A stretch of DNA of 64,000 nucleotides from Patescibacteria group bacterium (GCA_016861265.1 BOLA01000001.1:761352-825351), one strand, 5' to 3'. Positions 1 to 10,350 are shown, counted from the first letter of the stretch. Numbers and translations are program-made. The notes: generated by a model not told the origin, from the sequence alone.

Positions 1-139
1 CTTTTCTAGCATTTTTTCTCATATTAACCATATGAGAGTTGTTTCTATTCTGTAATTTTTTTCTAATTACTTTTCCATTTGCAGTTACTTTAAATCTTTT
101 TGCAGTTCCCTTGTGTGTTTTTAATTTGTACTTTTTCAT
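1..139 (-). CDS. rpmI: 50S ribosomal protein L35, 3'-truncated by window edge (N-term MKKYKLKTHKGTAKRFKVTANGKVIRKK...)
   Basis: Manual reverse-complement translation from ATG at 139..137. KTHKG.AKRFKVT is the L35 signature. Position directly downstream of infC matches the conserved infC-rpmI-rplT order. Confidence 0.75.
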   Translation of the reverse strand, partial: MKKYKLKTHKGTAKRFKVTANGKVIRKKLQNRNNSHMVNMRKNARK

Positions 140-143
140 TGTA

Positions 144-677
144 TTACTTTTGTTTAACTAAAATGCTTAAATTTCTACCTTCTTTCGAAACCTCTGAAAC
201 AGGTTTTGCAAAGTCAGCAATCTGTATTAAAATTTTATCCATAACAGCTTTTAACTGTTCTGGCATAGCTTTTCTCTTCCATTTGACTGTTAATTTAGCA
301 TTTCCGCCCTTAGTTAAGAAATCTTTTGCCTTTTCAAGCTTTATTTGTATGTCTCTGTCGCTAATTGTTGGGCTAAACCACCATTCCTTGTTTTCAATTT
401 GCTTGCTTTGTCCCTTTTTAGCTTTCTTACTTCTTTCGTATTTAAGCTTTGAGTAGTCAACAATTCTAGCAACTGGAGGTTTTGCGTTAGGAGAAACTAA
501 GACTAAGTCTAGCTCAGCTTCCTTGGCTAAATTAAGTGCATCAAATTTTGAAAGAACACCTAGATTAGTACCCTCCGCATCAATTACAACCATGCTTGGG
601 ATTCTAATACCTTCGTTATAATCATAGAAATTAGTTACCTTAACTACTTTCTTAGGATTTCTCTTTTTCTTAATTAT
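144..677 (-). CDS. infC: Translation initiation factor IF-3. The true start is probably a non-AUG codon (AUU at 674..672 or AUA at 677..675). The ORF-track M at 593 is internal.
   Basis: The ORF-track protein aligns to the IF3 N- and C-domains (VLVSPNAKPPVARIVDYSKLKYE). The in-frame extension upstream of M593 reads IIKKKRNPKKVVKVTNFYDYNEGIRIPS, which matches the IF3 N-terminus (NGEIRAxEVRL). There is no in-frame ATG before the stop at 698..696. IF3 classically initiates at AUU. Confidence 0.8.
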   Translation of the reverse strand: MIKKKRNPKKVVKVTNFYDYNEGIRIPSMVVIDAEGTNLGVLSKFDALNLAKEAELDLVLVSPNAKPPVARIVDYSKLKYERSKKAKKGQSKQIENKEWWFSPTISDRDIQIKLEKAKDFLTKGGNAKLTVKWKRKAMPEQLKAVMDKILIQIADFAKPVSEVSKEGRNLSILVKQK

Positions 678-763
678 AGAATTTAATCTAAAAATTTACG
701 TATACCAATAAATCGGCTTGAAAATAATAGCAAATATTTCCGCATTATACAATGGGAATATCG

Positions 764-2287
764 TTATCTTCTTAAAGTTTCGTTAATTTTAACAATAAGG
801 GAATCAAGTCCTATTAGCCCTGTGTCTTTGCCATTTTCCCTTAGGCAAACGGAAGAACTTGCTTCCTCTTTTTGACCTACAATCAGCTGAAATGGAATTT
901 TTAAGGTCTCAGCTTCCTTTATCTTTCTATTCATACTTTTTGCTCTGTTGTTTAAAATTGCGTTAAAACCCTCTGTTCTTAATGTTTCTACAACCTTTTT
1001 GCCGTATTCATAGTACTTTTTGCGAATAGGAATACATACAACGTCTATTGGACTCAAGTAATCCGGCATAATACCCTCGTTGCCTTCTACTAGATATTTC
1101 CATACTTCTGTTAGGTATACATTAAATGATGTTAAAATAACCTGCTTCCTTTCCACCTCGTGAAGCTTTAAATCAGCTAATATCCACTCTTTTTCGTATA
1201 CGTCATTAACTTTTATAAATACATAGGTGTCCTTGGTATTTTTTATTACCTTATTGTGTGAAATTATTTTTCGCTGGAGAAAATTCGAGATTTGCTTAGC
1301 ATAAGAATCTTCAAAGTCAGATGAATAAATATCTGCGGAAAAGTCTATATTAAGAGACTTTAGTGCTTTTAATAGATTCTCGAATTGATCTCCAAATCCT
1401 TGGGTAAAATCTGAAGTCCTGTTTAGGTATCTAAACGATAATAATCCTATCTTTTTAATACTCTTTGAAAAGCTTAGTGAGCTTATGTTCGATTTAAGTA
1501 TGTATTTATGTGGGAAGTCTCTATAACTTGAGTTATCGAATTTTATTATTGAATTAAACGATGAATCGAGTTCTAGTTCGTTGCTATAAGATTTAGTTAG
1601 AGCTATTTCTTTGAATTCTGGTGCATTGAAATTGCTCTCGAAAATCTTTTCAATTTTATTATATATAGCAGTTCCACGCTCAGTTAGGACTACATCGTTT
1701 TCCTTGTCGACAATTCCGTAATGATACTTAAGACTTAGATTTTCGAAATTCTTTTCCTTTAAGTCTTCCTGTAGCTTCTTATATTCCATTAGGTCGTCGA
1801 TTGTTCTAAAGGCTTTGCCGTAGATTCTGACCATTTGTGGTCTTGTAGGGTCGTCGTTCCAGTGTGATTTTTCAATCTTTGTAAGAGTTACTACCCCTAT
1901 TTGATTAGTTGAAGCTACATGAGGTCCCCTGCATAAATCTACAAATTCCTCTCCTGTCTTAAAAAAGCTGATTTCCTGATCCGGAATTCCTCTTATTAGT
2001 TCTGCTTTATAAATTTGCCCTCTTTGTAATAGCAAATTTATTGCCTGGTCCCTTTGTAGGAATACCTGTTGGAATCTGGAATTACTTTGTATTATCTTAT
2101 TCAGTTCTCCCTCTATCTTGGGAAGTTCATCGGAGTCTACGTCCTCTTCTATGTCAAAATCGTAGTAAAATCCTTCTTTTGTAACAGGGCCTACTCCGAT
2201 CTTCACATTTTTATATATTCTGCAAACTGCCATAGCCAATACGTGTGCTGCAGAGTGCTTTTGTGCATCAGATACTTTACTTGTCAT
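764..2287 (-). CDS. thrS: Threonyl-tRNA synthetase, short form lacking the N-terminal TGS region
   Basis: HSAAHVLAMAV editing-domain motif, class II core and C-terminal anticodon-binding region. Conserved position upstream of infC. Confidence 0.9.
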   Translation of the reverse strand: MTSKVSDAQKHSAAHVLAMAVCRIYKNVKIGVGPVTKEGFYYDFDIEEDVDSDELPKIEGELNKIIQSNSRFQQVFLQRDQAINLLLQRGQIYKAELIRGIPDQEISFFKTGEEFVDLCRGPHVASTNQIGVVTLTKIEKSHWNDDPTRPQMVRIYGKAFRTIDDLMEYKKLQEDLKEKNFENLSLKYHYGIVDKENDVVLTERGTAIYNKIEKIFESNFNAPEFKEIALTKSYSNELELDSSFNSIIKFDNSSYRDFPHKYILKSNISSLSFSKSIKKIGLLSFRYLNRTSDFTQGFGDQFENLLKALKSLNIDFSADIYSSDFEDSYAKQISNFLQRKIISHNKVIKNTKDTYVFIKVNDVYEKEWILADLKLHEVERKQVILTSFNVYLTEVWKYLVEGNEGIMPDYLSPIDVVCIPIRKKYYEYGKKVVETLRTEGFNAILNNRAKSMNRKIKEAETLKIPFQLIVGQKEEASSSVCLRENGKDTGLIGLDSLIVKINETLRR

Positions 2288-2305
2288 ATATTTATTGTTA
2301 ATAAA

Positions 2306-2379
2306 TGGGCACTATAGGGATCGAACCTATAACCTCCTCGACGTCAACGAGGTGCTCTAACCAGTTGAGCTAAATGCCC
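2306..2379 (-). tRNA. tRNA-Val (anticodon GAC)
   Basis: Hand-folded cloverleaf on minus strand. Acceptor gggcatt/agtgccc, anticodon loop ttGACgt, T-loop ggttcgatcc. No encoded CCA. Confidence 0.8.
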
Positions 2380-2551
2380 TAGTCAAAAATATTCAAAATT
2401 CTAACTCTACTATTCTAACTCCCTAAAGGGACTAAGATCTACAATCCTTCATACTCGCATTGCTCGTCTTCAGGTTGTATTTCTGGAGTAGTTGAGCAAA
2501 GCATCCTTGGTAGATGTTGTGAAACACCTACTAGGTTTGAAATTGATGATT

Positions 2552-3133
2552 TTACTTCTCTATTATTTTGTCTATTAGACCATATTCTACGGCATCCTTT
2601 GCAGTTAGAAAATAATCTCTATCCATATCTTTTTCAATCTTCTCCTCGGACTTTCCAGTGGCTTCTACTAGCATGTCTCTAAGTAAGTCTTTTATTCTAA
2701 GTATCTCCTTCGCGCTTATTGCAATGTCACTAGCTTGTCCTTCTGCACCTCCTAGTGGTTGGTGAATATGTATAGTGGAGTTCTTTAGCCCAAATCTTTT
2801 TCCCTTTTTTCCTGATGTAAGAATCATTGTGCCCATTGAGGCTGCTGTTCCTACTGCGATTGTTGCTACATCTGGCTTAATAGCATTCATTGTATCTATA
2901 ATTGCAAGTCCTGCATAAACACTTCCGCCTGGACTGTTTATATATAATTTTATGTCTTTTTCAGGGTCTTCCTTTTCTAAGAATAGTAACTGAGCTACTA
3001 CGGCATTAGCTACATCATCGTTAATTGCACTGCCTAAGAATATAATTCTATCTTTTAGTAAACGTGAATAAATATCGTAGGCTCTTTCCCCGTCTCGTGT
3101 TTTTTCAATAACTGTAGGAATTAAATAACTCAT
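2552..3133 (-). CDS. clpP: ATP-dependent Clp protease proteolytic subunit
   Basis: Full-length ClpP. The GTAASMGT segment carries the catalytic Ser, with His and Asp context present. Confidence 0.9.
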   Translation of the reverse strand: MSYLIPTVIEKTRDGERAYDIYSRLLKDRIIFLGSAINDDVANAVVAQLLFLEKEDPEKDIKLYINSPGGSVYAGLAIIDTMNAIKPDVATIAVGTAASMGTMILTSGKKGKRFGLKNSTIHIHQPLGGAEGQASDIAISAKEILRIKDLLRDMLVEATGKSEEKIEKDMDRDYFLTAKDAVEYGLIDKIIEK

Positions 3134-3270
3134 ATTATATGTGTAATATCTATTTATTAATTAATATCTTTATCAAGATTATATTGTTTATTATATCACT
3201 TTGTTGAGGGTCGAAGTCTGAAGATTGTTTAATTTAGTTCTGTTATACAATTTGAACTTATAAATACTGG

Positions 3271-3297
3271 AAATCCCCTTTCGGGGAAATCTCAGTT
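3271..3297 (-). terminator. Intrinsic terminator hairpin (gagatttccccgaaaggggatttcc followed by a T-rich stretch on minus strand)
   Basis: Perfect GC-containing inverted repeat downstream of the DUF192/mutL transcription unit. Confidence 0.4.
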
Positions 3298-3438
3298 GCA
3301 CTTTTAACTATTTTTACTGCTCTAATCTTTTTATTGATTAAATTCTTTTATTATTCTAAAAGTTAATTTTATCTTTGTCAACACTTTTTTGAACTATTAT
3401 TATCTGGTAAGCATTATGGCATTGGTAAATGTGAGTAA

Positions 3439-3948
3439 TTATTTTACACCCGCTATCTTAAAAAAATCTCCTTCTTGTACCTGGTGTTGCAATGCCCAAC
3501 CAGCAAGAGTTTCTATAACAAACTGGGTAGGTGTTTTTGAGTTGTAAATTTCCGCTGTTTGTAATATTTTTGTGTTACTGGAAATAGATGTCACTTTTAA
3601 GTCTTTGTCGAGAAAAATTATGTCAAGGGAGATTGACGTGTTCTTCATCCAAAAAGAAAGATCTCTTTCTGAGCCAAATATAAAAAACATGCCCTCATCT
3701 TTATTTAGTTTATCCCTGAACATTAATCCAGATTGTCTTTTTTGTTCTGTTGCGGCTACTTCTAGTGCTAGAGTATTACCGCTGTTGACGTGTTCCAGAG
3801 TTATTATCGAATTGTCGTCAATAGAATATATGGGGTCTGATGTAGTTAAAGTGGACCTAATAAGCGTAAATGCAATTATGAGTAATGCAGCTAAGATTGC
3901 AGAAGCTATAAATTTAAATTTTCCTTCTAAAACTTTTTTCGACATCAT
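3439..3948 (-). CDS. DUF192 (COG1430) family protein, N-terminal membrane anchor
   Basis: LEVA..E..RQ.GLMFR...GMFFIF...FWMKNT.ISLDIIFLD pattern typical of DUF192. Overlaps mutL stop by about 35 nt. Confidence 0.6.
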   Translation of the reverse strand: MMSKKVLEGKFKFIASAILAALLIIAFTLIRSTLTTSDPIYSIDDNSIITLEHVNSGNTLALEVAATEQKRQSGLMFRDKLNKDEGMFFIFGSERDLSFWMKNTSISLDIIFLDKDLKVTSISSNTKILQTAEIYNSKTPTQFVIETLAGWALQHQVQEGDFFKIAGVK

Positions 3949-5755
3949 ATTTGGATAGTTCCCATATTACTGGTCTTCCATGAGGACAGTTATATGGGTT
4001 ATAAAGTAGGTTTAAATCCTTTAGTATATTGAGCATTTCATTATCAGTAAGCTTTTGACCGGCCCTTACACTTGAGTGGCATGCTGCTGTTGCAATGATT
4101 AGGTAAATGTCTCGGGTGAGTTTTATTCCGTTGTATGTCTCGAATTGATCGAAATTGTTATATATATCGGTTTCGGGATTAATTATGGCATTTATATAAT
4201 GCTGTACATCGAATTTGTTAAGCAATTCAGGTACCTCTATTACCTGGATTGAATCTAGGCCAATGTCTTCTATTACAAATCCAATGTCTTCAAGTAGATT
4301 TTTATTTTCTAGTAAATGCTTTTTGTCTTCAGGTTTTAAATCAATTACTTCCGGAACAAGTAGCATTTTTCTATTCAACTTTCCTAGGCTGTTGACTAGC
4401 CTCTCGAATGCAATTTTCTCAGCTGCTGCATGTTGGTCAATGAATAGTAGCTTGTCTTCTTTTTCTAGTACTATATATGTATTGAATATTTGAAAGGGTT
4501 TGTATATTTGTTGCTGGGTGTCTTCATTATTTGTATTAATTAGCTCTTGAGTAAATTCTAATGCCTGATTAATTGTAGGTAAACTTTTAAAGCTATTACT
4601 TGTTGATTTAAATGTATCTGTATTCCTGTTGCCTGTATATTTAAACGGAGTTGTATCTTCATTCTTAAAGTCTACTTTTTTAGTTGGAAGAATGTCACTA
4701 AAATTATTGTTAATAATTGATCTAGTGTTCTTCTCAAGTGTTTTCTTGGTTAGTGTCATTACACTTCTAAAGATTTCGTCGGATTTACTGAATTTGACCT
4801 CTAGTTTTCTTGGATGAACATTCACATCTACTTCGGCAGGATTAATATTCAAGAATAGAAAATAAGTAGGTTTGAGCTCTCTGTTAACAAAGCCGGAATA
4901 GCCTTCTTGTATTGCGGCGTTTATTGTTTTATTTGTAATATAACGATTATTCAGGTATATATACTGGACCGGTGATGACTTTCGAGCAGATTCAGAATTC
5001 CCAAGCACACCGTTTATCGAAAGTGAGGTCGATGAAAATTCAGATGGTTCAAAAAGGTTTTTAGCAAGGTTTCCCCATATTTCAAATATTCTATTTTTTA
5101 TATCGTTTGTTTGGGTAAGTTTATATACAAGTTTGTTATTGTGATAAAGCTCAAAATGTATGCCCAAATAAGGAAGTGCAACATTTATGAAGGTGTCGGT
5201 AAGGTATTTGTATTCAGTATTTGGTGACTTTAGGAACTTCTTTCTTGCAGGTACGTTTGCGAATAAATTTTTTATTGTAATAGATGTTCCATTATCTGAT
5301 TGTACAGTAGGGTTCTCTGTTATATTAGTCTGTTTTATTATAATGTTGACTGCTTCGTCCACTGATGTTTTGGTATGTACCTCTATTGATTCAGCTACTG
5401 AAGATATGCTTGCTAAGGCTTCACCTCTAAAGCCCATGGTTAATATCTTGTTTAGATCCTCTTCTGTTTTTATTTTGCTGGTTGCATGTTGTTCAAATGC
5501 GAGTACAGCGTCCTCTTTATTCATTCCGATTCCATTATCTTTAATACTGATTGCGTCCATACCATAATTTTCCAATCGAACAGTTATTACTGTGGACTGT
5601 GCATCAATGGAGTTTTCGATTAATTCCTTAAGAGCTGATGCAGGTCTCTCCACGACTTCGCCGGCAGCTATTAAATTTACAAGATTTTGAGATAATTTTT
5701 GAATTTTACCCATGAGTTGTATAGTTTTTGTTACATATTCTCTAAAGATTATCAC
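3914..5755 (-). CDS. mutL: DNA mismatch repair protein MutL
   Basis: N-terminal GHKL motifs (LIAAGEVVERPASALKELIENSIDA, DNGIGM) with a MutL C-terminal dimerisation region. 613 aa. Confidence 0.9.
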   Translation of the reverse strand: MIIFREYVTKTIQLMGKIQKLSQNLVNLIAAGEVVERPASALKELIENSIDAQSTVITVRLENYGMDAISIKDNGIGMNKEDAVLAFEQHATSKIKTEEDLNKILTMGFRGEALASISSVAESIEVHTKTSVDEAVNIIIKQTNITENPTVQSDNGTSITIKNLFANVPARKKFLKSPNTEYKYLTDTFINVALPYLGIHFELYHNNKLVYKLTQTNDIKNRIFEIWGNLAKNLFEPSEFSSTSLSINGVLGNSESARKSSPVQYIYLNNRYITNKTINAAIQEGYSGFVNRELKPTYFLFLNINPAEVDVNVHPRKLEVKFSKSDEIFRSVMTLTKKTLEKNTRSIINNNFSDILPTKKVDFKNEDTTPFKYTGNRNTDTFKSTSNSFKSLPTINQALEFTQELINTNNEDTQQQIYKPFQIFNTYIVLEKEDKLLFIDQHAAAEKIAFERLVNSLGKLNRKMLLVPEVIDLKPEDKKHLLENKNLLEDIGFVIEDIGLDSIQVIEVPELLNKFDVQHYINAIINPETDIYNNFDQFETYNGIKLTRDIYLIIATAACHSSVRAGQKLTDNEMLNILKDLNLLYNPYNCPHGRPVIWELSKYDVEKSFRRKI

Positions 5756-6195
5756 GAAGGGGACTTTTTATAAAGTTAAAGAACGTAACAAAGATGGTGT
5801 TATCTGTATTTTTTGCAATTCGTAACTTGTACCTTATATATTCTTCAAATATGCTAAAAGTTCAAAGTATTTGAATGTTTAAAAATGAATTCAGCTAAAG
5901 ATATTAACAGTACTAAATGGTGCGTATAAATAAGTTGAACATATTATTTTAAAAATTGCTAATGTTATAAATTCAGTAAAGATAGGGTAACTTTAACAAA
6001 TTAACCTCGATTGTTATAAAAATTTAATGATTGCAAAGTTAGATTTTTCTATACTAAGATTAGAACTCTACTGATAAAAGAAGGATTTCTCAAGGATACT
6101 CTACTCTGGGTGTAGCCCTGAAGCTAAAGTGTTTATATTTAGAATAGAATTTAGGTACAACTAGAATGTAGTAGTGCTTTTGTGGATAACAAAAA

Positions 6196-6222
6196 ATAAA
6201 ATCTACTTAAAGTAGATTTATT
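6196..6222 (-). terminator. Intrinsic terminator hairpin downstream of murB (aaatctacttaaagtagattt plus T-tract on minus strand)
   Basis: Inverted repeat immediately after murB stop, followed by TTATTTTTTG on the minus strand. Confidence 0.45.
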
Positions 6223-7333
6223 AAATTATGTCGGAGATTTCTTCTTTCTTGAAGCCGAGTAAAAATATTTCTGGATGGAGCTTTAGTCCGTTTGCTTTAT
6301 ACACAGCCTTTTGTATTTCTCTGATTACAGATATGTAATCTTTTGCAGTAGCTTTCCCAAAGTTCTCAATAAATCCATGATGGGCTTTTGAGACGCCAGC
6401 ATCCCCTATTTTAAAACCTGTAAACTTAATTACATGTTCAATTATGTAGCCAATGCTTGCAGTTGGATAATTTAATCTAATTTGATCATCTTTGCTTATG
6501 TTTTTAAATACACTTCCCGTTGACCTGTGAGGTTGTATGGCCTTTCTCTTAGCCCATTCCAATGCCACATATTTTGCTTTTTCCTTATCCCCTCTAAATA
6601 AATTTAAAGTTACAGATAAAATCACCTCGTTTGAATTATGAAAGCGTGACTTATCGTACCCAAAATTTAAATCAGAGGCCTTTAAAGTGACTACAGCGCC
6701 ATTATCGCTTAAAACGTCAACAGACTTGACTAATTCATTTATAAAGTGAGTCCCTCCATGTACATTGTTGTAAATCCACCCCCCCATATTACCTGGAATT
6801 CTGGCATACCACTGTAGTCCAGTAATTCCTTTTGTAATTAAAAAATTAATAGCAAATGCCATGTCTACTCCACTATCAATTTTTACTTCAATTCTTGGTT
6901 GATTAGATTCATCGTAGTCTAGATCTTTAAACTCATATTTAAATGTACCCTTTTGGTTATCTGAAGCCCATCTATACTCTATTCTCTCCATTTCTTCCTC
7001 AAGTTCCTCAGTTTCCTTTATGGGAACCTCTTGTCCAATTATAATATTTTTACTACCGTTCTTTATAACTAGCCCTCTAATACCTTCATCACTTATTAGT
7101 ACATTACTTCCTCTCCCTAGAATTGTTACTGGGATTTGTAATCTTCTCGCAAGATTTATTACTTCAATAAATTCTGGGGTTGATTGGGCTTCGTACCATA
7201 TATCTGCAGGGCCACCAATGCCTACCGTTGTATGCAAAGCTAAAGGTTCGTTTAACTTTAAATATTTGGGATTTAATTTATTAATCAGCTCTTGATACTG
7301 AGTTTCCATTTTATATCTCCTCAATTTTTGCAC
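6221..7333 (-). CDS. murB: UDP-N-acetylenolpyruvoylglucosamine reductase (MurB), with an internal acidic insertion
   Basis: FAD-binding N-terminus (HTTVGIGGPADIW, GRGSNVL) and MurB C-terminal substrate domain (GSVFKN...GDAGVS..HHGF). 370 aa versus about 300 typical. Confidence 0.8.
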   Translation of the reverse strand: MQKLRRYKMETQYQELINKLNPKYLKLNEPLALHTTVGIGGPADIWYEAQSTPEFIEVINLARRLQIPVTILGRGSNVLISDEGIRGLVIKNGSKNIIIGQEVPIKETEELEEEMERIEYRWASDNQKGTFKYEFKDLDYDESNQPRIEVKIDSGVDMAFAINFLITKGITGLQWYARIPGNMGGWIYNNVHGGTHFINELVKSVDVLSDNGAVVTLKASDLNFGYDKSRFHNSNEVILSVTLNLFRGDKEKAKYVALEWAKRKAIQPHRSTGSVFKNISKDDQIRLNYPTASIGYIIEHVIKFTGFKIGDAGVSKAHHGFIENFGKATAKDYISVIREIQKAVYKANGLKLHPEIFLLGFKKEEISDII

Positions 7334-8594
7334 CCAGTTTTTTAAGTGTCGGGATTATGTCTGGGAATCTTCTATATATAATATCGGCCTCGTTAATAAT
7401 TGTAGTGCCATTTGCAGCCAAGCCTGCTAACAACAGGGCATGTGTACACTGCAATATTGTAGATGCATTTACTTTTGTTCCTCTAAATTCTGTTGGGCCA
7501 AAGGTAATTATCTGATTAGGATTGGTTAATGTCATTCTCGAATTCATTTTGAATAGTTCCGCGAAGAGTTCAATTAATTGAACTTCGTACATGTTGGAAT
7601 AAACTCTAATGTTGCCCTTTGCTTTTAAAGCAAGAATTAGTGCCTGTGGAATTAAATCTACAGGAAATCCAGGCCATGGTTCATCTTTTATTTTATCCAT
7701 GTCTCCCTTAAAGTTAGGAATTGCCTTTAAATCTTGGTTAGCGGGAATAAATATATCCTTGTCTCTTATTTCAACCTTTAAATTCAATTTAGCAAAATTA
7801 TTAATAACCTGAGTCATATGTTCAGGGATTGCATTCTTGATTAATAATTCGCCACCGGTTACAGCTGCCATAACCATTAATCCGCCAATGTCTATATGGT
7901 CGCTTGGTATAGTCCACTCATCTGCCTCGAGTTTTTCCACCCCATTAATTACTAACTTGTTTGAACCGATTCCTTGAATATTAGTCCCTGCTGCATTTAA
8001 GAAATTACATAGATCTTGTGTATGAGGCTCGCATGCTGCATTGTAGATTGTTGTTGTCCCTTTTGCTTTTACTGCAGCAAGAATTAGATTTTCAGTGCCT
8101 GTAACAGAAGCCTCTAATAACCAAACTTCTGTTCCTTTAAGTCCTTTTTTTGACTCTAATTTATATCCATCATTTTTATCTACGTGAACTCCCATATCAA
8201 TCATTCCTTTAAACATTGCATCTAATGGTCTATTACCTAGTTTGCAACCTCCTCCGTCTTTAATAGAAGCATCTCCGAATCTGGAAATTAGCGGTCCCAA
8301 GAATACAAACGAAGATCTTTCTTTCATTGCTAAATCTTCGTCAATTGCAGATGTATTTATTGTTGTTCCATCTAGTCTTACAGAGCCTTTCTTTGGATAA
8401 GAAACCTTTCCGCCTAGCTGTCTAAAAATTTGTAAAAGAATTATTACGGAAGTACTTTTGGGAACATTATGAATTAAAACAGGAGAATCGAGTAATACAG
8501 CAGCTGGGATAATCTTTAGAATGGAATTCTTATTCGGCATTGGAGTAACTGTACCTTTAAGCGGATAACCACCCTGAATCTTTATGGAACTCAT
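7311..8594 (-). CDS. murA: UDP-N-acetylglucosamine 1-carboxyvinyltransferase (MurA)
   Basis: EPSP-synthase fold with IKIQGGYPLKGTV..PNKNS N-terminus. Active-site Cys loop KDGGGCKLGNRPLD. Overlaps murB by 23 nt. Confidence 0.9.
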   Translation of the reverse strand: MSSIKIQGGYPLKGTVTPMPNKNSILKIIPAAVLLDSPVLIHNVPKSTSVIILLQIFRQLGGKVSYPKKGSVRLDGTTINTSAIDEDLAMKERSSFVFLGPLISRFGDASIKDGGGCKLGNRPLDAMFKGMIDMGVHVDKNDGYKLESKKGLKGTEVWLLEASVTGTENLILAAVKAKGTTTIYNAACEPHTQDLCNFLNAAGTNIQGIGSNKLVINGVEKLEADEWTIPSDHIDIGGLMVMAAVTGGELLIKNAIPEHMTQVINNFAKLNLKVEIRDKDIFIPANQDLKAIPNFKGDMDKIKDEPWPGFPVDLIPQALILALKAKGNIRVYSNMYEVQLIELFAELFKMNSRMTLTNPNQIITFGPTEFRGTKVNASTILQCTHALLLAGLAANGTTIINEADIIYRRFPDIIPTLKKLGAKIEEI

Positions 8595-8714
8595 AATTTT
8601 GTATTTAAGTTTAAATTTATTCTGACAGTCTAGTAATTATTATACACGAACCTATTAATGTGTCTAATTTATAGTACTATAAGGTGTACTATATAAATAT
8701 TAACAATATGAACT

Positions 8715-9308
8715 ATGAATGAAATTTTAAATCTATCATTAGATAGTTTTGCAAGAACAGCAATGCAATCTATACCATTTAGTCCAGGTCAAAGAGTTCT
8801 GAATGCACCTTATGTGGAAACTGAAGATAAAAGAAAATTATTTGTAGTAGATGCTCAACAAAGTGCAGATATAGAAAATGGAGACCTAGCAGTTTATAGA
8901 TCTGTGAGTGGATGCACTATATTAGAATTGGAGTTTGAAGATAGGGTTGAAGTCTATCACATATCAGCAGGAACTTTTTCTGTAATTGATGGCTCCAGTT
9001 TTGACGAGCCGACTGGTTATGAAAAATTCTTTATAAGAAAAGTTGCAGCATTGGGGCAGAAAAAAGATGTAAAAAAAATAAGATATTACATTAACCAAGT
9101 ACACAAAGGAAGAGAGGAAGATAGAAGGAGTCGAATTTTTAAGCTTAATGCAACAGCGCTAAAAGATATATCAGATAACTGCGAAATATTCGAAGTTAGG
9201 AAAGAAGATGGCAGTCAAACAGATGACTTATTTGAATCAGTAGATATTTTATCTAATGGAAGAGAAGCAAGAGTTTTGCAACCAGGCTATAAGATTGAAA
9301 GACTCTGA
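8715..9308 (+). CDS. Hypothetical protein (197 aa)
   Basis: Clean ORF, no recognisable motif. Confidence 0.5.
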   Translation: MNEILNLSLDSFARTAMQSIPFSPGQRVLNAPYVETEDKRKLFVVDAQQSADIENGDLAVYRSVSGCTILELEFEDRVEVYHISAGTFSVIDGSSFDEPTGYEKFFIRKVAALGQKKDVKKIRYYINQVHKGREEDRRSRIFKLNATALKDISDNCEIFEVRKEDGSQTDDLFESVDILSNGREARVLQPGYKIERL

Positions 9309-9312
9309 ATTT

Positions 9313-10071
9313 TTAATGTTCTCTTAAAAGGTTTTCTCGACTTTGTAGTATCATATCCTTATCTTCATGCTCGAATACAACAATTCCACCTGCAAGATGA
9401 AACTTTAATATGAGATCTTTTAATGGATAAGTAATGTCGCCTTCTGCACCAAAGGCACAAGCTGCATCTCTGAATCTTTTTTCCCAGGATAATTTACCTG
9501 CCGTATGAATGATATCTGTTTCAGGATTTAATAAGCCAATAACTCCGCAAATAAATCTATAGAATTCTTCTTCATTCACTTCTCCATTTTCATTTGGATA
9601 AAGAATTCTTCCCACATCAAAAACAAACCCAGACTTTAAACTTCTAGCTAAGCTTAAAGCTCTAATAACATGATCTTTATCGAATACGCCTGTTGTAGAA
9701 TTTTCAATACTTACTGTTCTTTCGGCAATTTTAGGTACCTGGCTATATTTTATTTCAATAGTATCTTCTCCATGTCTATACTCCATATGAATTAGTGCTT
9801 GCCATTTTATGCCTACTGGTAACTGAGCAACAATTTGCTCTACTGCTGCAATAAGATCGGCTGTAAGAGCATTAAAATTAGGTAAATGAAAAACTACATT
9901 ACCTAAGTTTGAATTCATTAACTGTTCTACTATTTGAGCTTGAATTGCTGGATCTAAAACTTCTTCATTAATATATAACTGAACACCATCAAATTTATCT
10001 TCTATCGCGTGTTTAATTGCAGGTAATAAGTGAAAGCCTTCAATTGCTCCACTATGAGTGTCGATTGGCAT
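9313..10071 (-). CDS. Hypothetical protein, possibly a xylose-isomerase-like TIM-barrel (sugar-phosphate isomerase / AP-endonuclease-2 superfamily)
   Basis: 252 aa, alternating beta/alpha pattern with conserved His/Glu/Asp positions. Weak call. Confidence 0.3.
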   Translation of the reverse strand: MPIDTHSGAIEGFHLLPAIKHAIEDKFDGVQLYINEEVLDPAIQAQIVEQLMNSNLGNVVFHLPNFNALTADLIAAVEQIVAQLPVGIKWQALIHMEYRHGEDTIEIKYSQVPKIAERTVSIENSTTGVFDKDHVIRALSLARSLKSGFVFDVGRILYPNENGEVNEEEFYRFICGVIGLLNPETDIIHTAGKLSWEKRFRDAACAFGAEGDITYPLKDLILKFHLAGGIVVFEHEDKDMILQSRENLLREH

Positions 10072-10163
10072 TTAAGTCAAATCTTAAAAATAATTTAACG
10101 ATTATATCAATTATTAAATCTATGACAATTTATAAATAATTTGCTATTATTGCTTGCTTATAA

Positions 10164-10237
10164 GCCTAAGTAGCTCAGTTGGATAGAGCGATAGACTGAA
10201 AATCTATATGTCGGCAGTTCGAACCTGCCCTTAGGCA
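10164..10237 (+). tRNA. tRNA-Phe (anticodon GAA, A37), no encoded CCA
   Basis: Hand-folded. Acceptor gcctaag/cttaggc, D-arm tagctcagttggatagagc, anticodon loop ctGAAaa, T-loop ggcagttcgaacctgcc. Confidence 0.85.
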
Positions 10238-10275
10238 CAACCTCCCTTTCATAATTGAAAGGGAGGAATCCCTTT

Positions 10276-10350
10276 CGGGATGTAGCTCAGCCTGGCAGAG
10301 CGCTGCATTGTAAATGCGGAGGTCACATGGTTCGAATCCTGTCATCCCGA
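10276..10350 (+). tRNA. tRNA-Tyr-like (anticodon GUA) with a short class-I variable loop and a 1-nt bulge in the T-stem
   Basis: Acceptor cgggatg/catcccg is a perfect 7 bp. D-stem gctc/gagc. Anticodon stem ctgca/tgcgg with loop ttGTAaa. T-arm acaTgg ttcgaat cctgt pairs only if T53 is bulged. Confidence 0.55.

Noticed and set aside
2069-2317. 82-aa plus-strand ORF overlapping the thrS 5' end and the tRNA-Val
   Set aside because: Antisense to thrS and runs into a tRNA gene. A low-complexity AT-rich frame with no RBS.
2386-2551. 165-bp spacer between tRNA-Val(GAC) and clpP as a possible small RNA
   Set aside because: No recognisable conserved ncRNA motif (not SRP, 6S or tmRNA-like). It more likely holds the clpP terminator and promoter elements.
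3572-5567. Several 60-130-aa plus-strand ORFs inside the DUF192 and mutL genes
   Set aside because: Entirely antisense to well-supported genes. Typical shadow ORFs.
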